Shown here: positions 54,201-64,000 of the stretch, piece after piece
Layout of the letters: the number at the start of each line of letters is the position of its first letter
Position numbering within the stretch: position 1 is the first letter of the stretch
Assembly: GCA_951406725.2 (NCBI GenBank)
Contig: OX597816.1
Span: 114,452,001-114,516,000 of the forward strand
Direction: 5' to 3'
From: Octopus vulgaris
Lineage: Eukaryota
Length of the DNA: 64,000 nucleotides
The notes under the pieces: generated by a model
The model's input: only the letters and a program-made list of their open reading frames with translations
Database searches by the model: none
What the model was told of the DNA's origin: nothing
Translations under genes and position numbers: made by a program

Positions 54201-55847
54201 AGAAATCATTGTTAATATTAATATTATGTTATATACTCTTTGACCAGAATGTAAAATAGCAAAACCGAATATATTTAAATCCGTACAAATATTTATTTTA
54301 ATTGCTTGTTCTGTATATTATCAACTAGTGGTATTTATGTAGATCGGAATAGTGGCGTATGTGTATGTATGTACATGCATGTCTGTGTAGAATATACAAC
54401 ACATAAAAAAAAATTACACCTCTGGAAACAAATTTGAAGATTATAGTGATTTCTCTATGAGAAAGCCTTGTTCTTAAGAACACACACACACACGCGAGCG
54501 CACATAACGTTATTCATAAATTCTTGGCTATATCTATAGTATATATAATATGGAAAATATATAATATATCTATATAATATACATAAATATCATGTATATT
54601 AATAAATATGCATATATCACATATACGGACATACATGTATAATATAATTTAACTATATATATATATATAATATATATATGGTATATAATATACATGTGTG
54701 TGTAGTGTGTGTGTGTGTGTGTGTGACATACAGAATATACGTGTGTATGCGTTGGTGCGTATTATTTGTGGATATATTAGCATACATGTGCTTGTATTTA
54801 TATGTGCACACACGTGTTTTTGAATGCACACACGCACACTTACAATCTTACAAGTAAGTTTGTATTTACAAATATGTATAATGTTTTCATTTTCAATGCC
54901 CCCTCCCCACACACACACACAAATATTTTCATAAGAATTTATATTGATTATTGAATTGTTTAGTAGAAATTTGAAAGTGTTATACACAAAAGCATCTCTT
55001 GCAAGCTCAGTACCAAAATGATTTAAACTTTCCGCACATTGCATTTATAGACACACGCACATACACGTGTATGCGTGTGTGTGTCCCCGCAGCGGTCGAG
55101 GCCCTACCTTTATGCATCTATGTAGAAACATACACTTCGCGAAAGTGCTCATCGCCTCGTGTCCATAACAATATTTGTAAACAACCGAATCGCCTGTACA
55201 GACGAGAAGTGTCTGTCTTGACTTGAAACGGTGTATGTTTACGAAAAATTGAACCTAAAATATCGAAACATAGATCTATTGAACGACCAAATCATGAACG
55301 GGTAGAAGAGATGTTTTTAGGAAAAACTGAGGCACCAGATTTGGCAAGGTGAAAATAGAATAATGCTACAAACCAGATGTATCCTGGCGCACCCCGATAT
55401 AAATGAATGAATGAATGCATCAACGGGTGGCCAGTGCAAATAATAGAGAATTATAAACCTGTCGAATATTTTGTATGCAAAGATGCCACGAAATGCAAAC
55501 GGATATTTATCATTAATCCAAATAATTACAAAGATAGCTAATCAATCGCTGGAGCAATCTAAAAATAAAGAAACTATGTAACGGGTACATTTAAACAGAT
55601 CTAACAAATGGTGAACGGTTTACTGGATACATGTAAATCCATGATGCTAGCAAGAAACATCTTGAAATCAATACAGAAATATATCTCTGCAAGGCACCCG
55701 TTAAGGGGTTAGCCTATCCACAGTAAACTATCCGACAGTATTATGTGCGCATGGACTTACAAAACAACCAAGAAGTACAACACTACTGGTTTCTGCTGGA
55801 GTTGATAACTACAAGTAGGGACATATTCCCCCCACTAATGTGCGTAT

Positions 55848-55933
<86 letters not shown>

Positions 55934-56172
55934 ACACCTCCACCGCTTGTGTTAGTGCGTTTATGTTCCTGTAACTTAGCAGTTCGGCAAAAATGAAGAG
56001 ACAGAATAAGTACCAGGCTTCAAGCAAAAAGTACTGGGGACGATAAATTCGGCTATAAATTCTTCAAGGCGGTGACCCAGCATGACCGCAATCTAATGAC
56101 TGAAACAAGTAAAAGATTACAAAGACTACACACACACACACACACACACACGTGTGTTTCTGTTTGTGTGTG

Positions 56173-56203
<31 letters not shown>

Positions 56204-56914
56204 GATGCTTGAGGCTGCTACGCCTAGCGTTACGTAACATTCAAGGAGTACGCTACCAGTTGAATTCTTCCAACAAGTAGCTAAGTACCTTTGTGATGAT
56301 ATACGTATGGGTAAATGACTAGAGCTGGGCAGATTTACCATTTTATACAAACAACGGACAACTTTTGAGTATGGAAACGAACAAAAGTAAAGTTCACACG
56401 GCTATGAAACCCACAGAAGTACTTCATAAATGCTGACATAAGTGTTTAACATGCAATGACTGTTTAACTAGTGTTACAAAACGTGTACGGAATTTTCACA
56501 CGGGTACCTTACCTCCAGTGTAACAGTATGGGTGGATTATATAGTTATTAGGATTATCTTAATGAGGTTAGAGATATACTGAACCAATATCAGGTCTCTT
56601 ATTAATGCTATATGGATGAATGGATTCTTGCAAACACCGAAGATGTGTGGAGACCTCCTCGAGAGGGAACCTTGCAATTACTATAGATGTACGGAGTGTT
56701 TAACTATTGTGGACGGTGGATATAACTGAGAGGGAAATAGAACTTGTGAAGTCTGTTTTTGTATGGTAGGTTAATGAGTATGAGTGGGTGGCTTATGGTA
56801 CTTCGGTTAATTATATTTTCCGTGTGTTGAAACAGATTCGAGATTATCCAGGATCTGACTCAGCCTACAGTGTGTATATACCATAAGTTAAATATACATA
56901 CATGCATGCATGCA

Positions 56915-56945
<31 letters not shown>

Positions 56946-57058
56946 CTTCCCTTCTTTCCTGAGCGTCCAATAATACTTTATTTGTTCCACGTCCTCGCGT
57001 TGTTGTGTTTTTTTGTTTGTTTTTTTTTTTTGTGTGTTTTCTTGTTTGGATTAACATT
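56946..57058 (+). repeat. Truncated second copy of the 43325-43511 insert, lacking the hammerhead
   Basis: cttctttcctg.gcgtccaataatact.tatttgttccacgtcctcgcgttgttgtgttt...cttgtttggattaac is shared. Confidence 0.9.
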
Positions 57059-57142
57059 ATATATATACATATATACTTACTTGGAAATGGATGCGTGGCG
57101 TTCATTTAAATGTATGTATGTATGTATGTATGTAAGTATATG

Positions 57143-57194
<52 letters not shown>

Positions 57195-57200
57195 CACATA

Positions 57201-57243
<43 letters not shown>

Positions 57244-57630
57244 CGATAAATAGATAGATAGATAATGTGTGTGCGGGCGTGTAAACATCTTAATGACTAT
57301 ACCAATACATAAATTCTACATACACCTTTAGGACTCTATTTATACAAATGCAAGAAGTACATCTTGATATCCTTCACAATGATGTTTACAATATTTATAT
57401 TTCTCAGAAATATAGTCGCGATGAAGAAATTAAGTCATGTAGTTATAATTCTTTACTCACAAGTCTCAAAAGATATCAAAACAACATAACTTCTATCATT
57501 TTGGCGCTATATTCCATGGGCATAGCTTTAAAGAAAAGCTTACAATTTTATGAGCGTACAGAGAAAAAGATGTTTTTGTATAACATATAAGATACATCTA
57601 TCAATTTTCTCTCTCATATATATATATATA

Positions 57631-57663
<33 letters not shown>

Positions 57664-57867
57664 GTACACGCGCGCGTATTTGTGCACGCATGCATGCGTG
57701 AGTGTGTGTTTACATCTGTGCGTACGTGTGCACGCGAGCACACGTGCGCCCATAGCACAGAAACACAACTCTATTCGTCTTAACAAATGCAACGACGGAC
57801 CGAACAGCGGAGCAAACTATTTAAAACTAATTTATGGTAGTCATAGAAATAAACAGACTATTATTTC

Positions 57868-58025
57868 ATACATACATACGTACATACATACGTACATACG
57901 TACGTACATGCATACATACATACATACATACATACATACATACATACATACATACATACATACATACATACATACGTACATGCATACATACATACATACA
58001 CACACACACACATACATACATACAT
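57868..58025. repeat. (TACA)n array
   Basis: Direct reading. Confidence 0.97.
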
Positions 58026-58090
58026 TATTTTAAAAAATCGTGACTACGAACAGCAGCTAAATATATATATATATATATATATATAAAATG

Positions 58091-58143
<53 letters not shown>

Positions 58144-58281
58144 CCTAACAATACAGTAATTATCAATTTACCTGTTAAATAGCTAGATATTTGATTAATC
58201 AAAATTAATCAGCCCTCACTTAATAAGAGCAATATAGTCTCTCATATCATATACCTACATACACACATTATATACATACAC

Positions 58282-58318
<37 letters not shown>

Positions 58319-59179
58319 ACATACACACAAACAAGTCTGGGTATAGAATTCTCCTTTTTTTTTTTTATTCTATTCATGTAAAGACTCGTAACACTCAAAA
58401 CGTAGCCTCGTAGAATTACGTCTTAAACATGGACATTACAGACAGGGGGAAAAAAAATCAGTTTACTAGTCAGGATGTGTTTCATCCATGTTAACTATAT
58501 TTTATGTATTTGTTTTTTTTCATTTCTTCCCCCACGTGGCTGTCAAGTATACGTTTTATTGTTTTGTTTCTTTCCCCCCCCACTTTTTTTTTTTTGTTTA
58601 ACTTTCTTTCCGTTCCTCGTTTTCTGTTCTCACTTCATTCCTGCTAGCATTGATGGACACAGAAATAGTCTCAGTGACGACGTCAAGGACTACATACACA
58701 GACAAGCTGTCACATTATTCCTACCGAAATATACTCTTGTTTGATCCACCACTCTCGCATTAATTCTCTTTGTTTTTTTGGGTTTTTTTTGTTTTGTTTT
58801 GTAGTTTATTTCCTTCTTGTTTATTTTATTTACCTCTCTGTGTTTATTTCTTGCCTCTACTGTCAAAGTATCTTGCAGTTGTTATGTCCATCTACATAAC
58901 ATTGTAAAGCAGGACGAGATTATCTTCTGAAGCAAGCAAAAAAAAAAAAAAAAAAAGCATCGGCCAACAAACAAACAAACGATCGGACACCGACTTCTGT
59001 TTTGTAATATAATGTGTGTGTGTGTGTGTGTGTGCGTGTGTGTATGTGTTTGAGAGAGAAAGAGATTCTATCATGAATGAAGCGAAATGTATTATATATA
59101 ACCAAATTATTATGCATCAACGTTTAGGTATTTCTTAAGTATATTTTTTTAAATGTACTCAGTAAAATAAGATTTAACC

Positions 59180-59236
<57 letters not shown>

Positions 59237-59572
59237 CACGCACACATTGAAATGCATGTTCACATGTCTTGTTATATTTATACGCACGTACTTTCACTAT
59301 TAACTTCCGTCGGTATTTGTGTATGTGTGTGTGTATTATATATGCATACGTACACTGACATATATACAGTCAAATATATGCACATATATATACACACACA
59401 AGTATGTATGTGTGTGTGAATGTACAATGCATTTATAAACCCGTGAACATCTGTATTTACATGTAGTTTCATTATATTCATTCGGGTGCAGGTAGTCATG
59501 AATATAAATTTATCAATGAAAATGTGTTGTTTTTTTAAAAAAGATATCTCTACTATACACACACGATGTATG

Positions 59573-59613
<41 letters not shown>

Positions 59614-59645
59614 TTACATGCACACTCACACATACATACATTCAT

Positions 59646-59680
<35 letters not shown>

Positions 59681-60865
59681 AACTTGCTAAGCATAGGTAC
59701 GTGTAAATAGATATATTAACATGCCTAAACTAAAATAACTGTGTGTGTATATAATTTATCAATCAAATTTCTGTCTATTACTGATGGGAACAATGTTTGA
59801 AATTTAAGAAAAAAACACACAGAAATATTAAACATCAGGTGGGTTCTTTAAAACGTTTGGCCAGAGTTCTAAAGTTTAAGTTTAAGAAAAAACTACGAAA
59901 GAAACAAAAAATTCAGTTAAACGATCTGTAAATTTAGAAGTGGAAGTGCGCGCTAAAAGTTCTAGTTTCCGGAGATGTGTGTGTGTGTGTGTTTTTTTTA
60001 TTTTTATTTCGTCCGTATCTGCATATGTACGGACACGCAGACAGATGGACATACGGACAGATGTAGAATGGCCGAAGACAAGCAGCTGGACAATTAGTAT
60101 GAATGATGCAAGTGCTTGTGTCGACACTGGACAATATAACAGAAGAGTCGGCGGCAGTGAGTAAATAACAACACCATTAGAACGGAACGGTGTTATTTAA
60201 GGCGCTCAGCATGCAAGTAAGTCGTGTAAAGACAGATGGACGATGGCTGCTGCTTCTAGTTATGTAAACCATGCATGTGTGCATTGGCAAAACGACAAGG
60301 ATGCCAATGCAGGCAGTCGTATTAACAGCACTACCATTGTATGGACACCTTTTAGTCAGTGTATTAGGTTCCTAAGAGGGAAGATGTCTCACGTACCAAA
60401 TACAGCTATACACATGCATATACATCTATCTATCGATCGATCGGTCGATCGTTCAATCAATCGATAGTCGGTTAGATTCAGATAATCACTGTATTACGAT
60501 AAAAAAAAAAAGGTAGACACATATAAATACTGCATTATGTTTGATATTATATATTATGTATGTAGGTAGATTATTCATTTGATTGATTAATACGGGGGAT
60601 TACAGATAAATAAACGGTCGTATAGAATAACAAAATTTACGAGACAGCTATACGGATCAACGTATTAAAGACATTAGATCAATAGATAAATACACAGTAT
60701 TTTGACCGATAGACATAAATATTAAACAGACAATTTGACATTAGATAGAGAAACAAATAAACAGAAAACAGGGAAAATAGACGGAGATATATAGAGGAAG
60801 ATAATTTGACAGGTAGAAAGATAAGATCAATGAACGAATAAAATACTATAGAAACCGAACTTAAG

Positions 60866-61485
60866 CTACGATTCCTTCTTGGCGAAAGGATTTAGAAAAT
60901 TAAAGGAGATGGAGAGATGGAATGATAAAAAAAAATCGAGGGCGAAATGCGATTTCTTTAGTCTGTAAAGCAATATATAGATTAAAGGAAAATGGTGCTT
61001 CCATGCTGCAACCTGTATGCTGGAACTTGTCTTACACGTCTGACCATCAACATCATCACCTACACCACCACTACCACCAACACCAGCAACTGCTGTAGTA
61101 GAAGAAAAAACACTACCTCTGGCACCAAAGCTTAGGTGCCAGACATGTAACGAATGATTGTTTCGGATCTGGTCAATCGCATCTCCCTCGTTCAACATCA
61201 CCACCTTGTTCGCTCTCGGACTGTAAACTATAATTTTTTCAAGGTGACGACGAAGAAGGCGGACGAAATTGAGAGATATAATGAGTGAAATAATAAACAG
61301 AACAACGATCGTATTACACAATTAATAATAATAATAATAATAATCATAACAACGATGATGATGAGATAATGATAGTAATACAGAAAGAGCCGGTCTTGAT
61401 GTTAATAATAATAAACAATAACAATAAGGCATGCTACGGAAAAGAAAGAAATCGTTGTAACTTACCCCATGTATAATCCATTCAT
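60866..61485 (-). CDS. Candidate two-exon ORF or uORF (61485-61466 + 61220-60866), MNGLYMG|PRANKVVMLNEGDAIDQIRNN...; product unknown
   Basis: Consensus donor GG|gtaagt (intron 61465-61221), acceptor tttacag|T, phases compatible; 124 aa if not spliced again; alternative donor T|gtaaga at 61036. Confidence 0.3.
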
Positions 61486-61899
61486 CGTGGTGGTGATGGT
61501 AGTAGTAGTAGTAGTAGTAGTAGTAGTAAACGACGTCGGAGTGTCAGCAGAAATCAACGAGAAAATGTCCGGTGTGTGTGTGTGTTTGTATGTGTATGTA
61601 TATTTGATGTGTGTGTCATAAAAACTTAGTAGTTTCTTATCTTTGCATTGCTGGTGACATACACGCACACATGTTCATATATACATACATGTATATACAT
61701 CTATTGAAAAAGAAAGAAAGAAATCTATACACATGCGCGTATACATGGGAGAAATACGTTAAATATCTACAAATGCATATTATATACATAAATGAATATA
61801 TATGTATATCCATAGAGAGAGCAGAGAGTCAGCGGTTATGGCAGAAATTAGAAGAGGGCCGACTTGTGCCAGTCCATTTTGACTATCTTCTTTGCTTGT

Positions 61900-62222
61900 C
61901 TGATTACTACCTCGCTGCACGTATAGCATCCTCTCTTTAGCATTCCCTCGGGCCAACTTGCTGCCACCGCTACGCTCTGCCCGTCACCACCACCCACCAA
62001 CTCACTGCCGCGCTGCCGTCACCAGTACCTGCCGACACCCCTCCTCTCTAACTATGCACTCTTCCGAAATCCAAACTGCATTTTTTTTTTCTTTCTTTCT
62101 CTCTCTCTCTCTCTCTTTTTTGTTTTTTTTTGGTCTCTCTCTCTCTCTCCTTCTCTAAGCTATAAACGCAGAAGAAAAAAAAATGATGACTCCGTTTGTG
62201 GTGGACAACAACAATAAATAAA

Positions 62223-62288
<66 letters not shown>

Positions 62289-62560
62289 TGTAAGTGGTAT
62301 TATCCTCAGGCAAACATCGGAAAAGGGTTAAATCTGTGGGCTGGCGGGTCTTATCTGAGGTTTGGAAAGACAAAGGAAGAATCTGAAAAACAAGGTTCAG
62401 TCCGTGAATGCAAGACCAAAGAGGCCTCGTCGACCTTTAGGACAGTCAGTAGTAGCAGCAAGCTTGTCCAAGAGGTACGGTGTCGGAAGAATCAGGTATC
62501 TCTCTCGCTCGCTCTCTCTTTCTTTCTCTCTCTCTCTCCCCACCTTTGTCTATCACTCTC
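61900..62560. promoter_or_regulatory. GC/CpG-enriched patch with (CT)n tracts; possible promoter or 5' UTR
   Basis: gctgccaccgctacgctctgcccgtcacc...gccgcgctgccgtc is non-repetitive and much more GC-rich than the background; lies upstream of the 61466 donor. Confidence 0.3.
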
Positions 62561-64000
62561 TTTGCTTCCTTCACTTTGTCACTGTTTTTCTCGCAGTTTA
62601 TCTGGCTGTTGTGCTTGTCTTTTCTCACTAACTATCTCGAAACTCCTCTCGCTTTCTATTTGACTGCACACTCTTTCACTGTTTTGCCGAAGAGAAAGAG
62701 AAAGAGAAAGAGAGAGAGGGAGAGGGAGAGCTCCCTCCCACTCTTTCTGAATATATATGACTGTCTTTCCTCTTCTCGTGATCTCTCTTTCTCACATATT
62801 CACACACATGTATGTATATATATATATACCTATGACTGTCAGTGCGCAATCACTCACAGTTCATACTCTCTCTCTCTCTCCGTCTCTCTCTCTTTGCGTG
62901 CGTGCGCGTGTGTGTATGTGTGTGTTTATGCGTGTGTGTGTGTGTGTATATGTATGTGTGTGTGTCTTGTTAGCTTTCGAAGTAAAGAGAGGAGACTGTG
63001 TGCATGGACAGAGGCAAGAGTTCACCATAACTAGACTGACTAGGAAAGTCAAAGACTGTGACAACAAGCGACCGCTTGTCATACATGCACATATACATGC
63101 ATAGTAGCAGAGGTTGCAATAGTTCTGATGGTGATGGTAGCAGTAAAGATAGATAAATACACGGATGGAGCAATTAGATAGATTGATGGATATACAGACG
63201 ACAGAAAGAGGGGGGAAGAGAAAGAGAGAGAGAGAGGGGAAATATAGTTAGAAGACAAATATATGATCCAACTATAATAGCTTCTTGGACTTTTCGTATT
63301 TATAGTTTTACATACGTGCCGCTTCTACGCACACATTTATACGTACACAGCACATAGGCTTTAAGAGGTGGGTAGAATCAATCGTCAGTGGTCGGGTAGA
63401 ATCTTATTGTTTTGAATGCAGTTCTTCCACTTTTACTTTTTATCCACGAACACATCTGTGTTTCTTCTGTACAAAATATGTACGGATTTGCAAGCGTCAC
63501 TATTTCTAACTACCTATAACATTATTTCTATAAACTCATATACATTATTATACTTACATGTATATATGCCCGAGTAATATTAATATACTGAATAGGTTAT
63601 ATATATATATGTATGCATGAAAGTGTGTATGTATAAATATTTGAATATGCATGTATGTATGTATGTATCACTATTTCATATTTACGATTGCGTTAATTAT
63701 TTTGTGATAAGTGAAACAACGACGGGTGGTGGAGAAGATAAGAAAAATTAAAAAGGAGAGACAGTTGAGAGAATAGAAGAAGCGAGAGAACGAAATACAA
63801 ATATAGTGTAAGCAAACGAGAGAAAGAGAGTGAGAAAAGGTTTGTAAATAGAAGTAGAGAATAGAAATAGGAGAAAGAGAGAGAAAGAGAAGCTGAGCGA
63901 GTGGTGATGATAGAGGTAGTGGCAGAAAGACGTGGGAAATAAGAAAAAGATAGATAATTACACTAAGTGGAGAGAAAGGAAAATGAGAAAACATGTGGTG

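Overview
AT-rich, microsatellite-saturated eukaryotic DNA with one 100-N assembly gap (44508-44607). It is most likely from an octopus, inferred from tRNA-derived SINEs that look like the OK, OR1 and OR2 families. No intact, recognisable host gene is present, and almost every ORF in the supplied track is a translated microsatellite or SINE. What can be read by hand: (1) a decayed Helitron Rep/helicase (PIF1-type) on the minus strand at about 22.5-24.2 kb; (2) five decayed LINE fragments (one L1/Tx1, two CR1/L2/Jockey-like RT pieces, one L2-like tail, one RTE tail); (3) dozens of SINEs, including tandem and inverted arrays; (4) MITEs, one carrying TTAGGG repeats and a 6-bp TSD, nested three levels deep; (5) a probable solo LTR; (6) short inserts inside (TA)n tracts, two of which fold as minimal type-I hammerhead ribozymes of the Penelope type. 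A CpG-depleted block (about 17-37 kb) suggests a methylated gene body. Several strong splice signals suggest an unidentified minus-strand transcript starting near 62 kb, but all exon models are low confidence. Family assignments come from remembered motifs, not database searches, and repeat boundaries are approximate unless a TSD or TIR is quoted.
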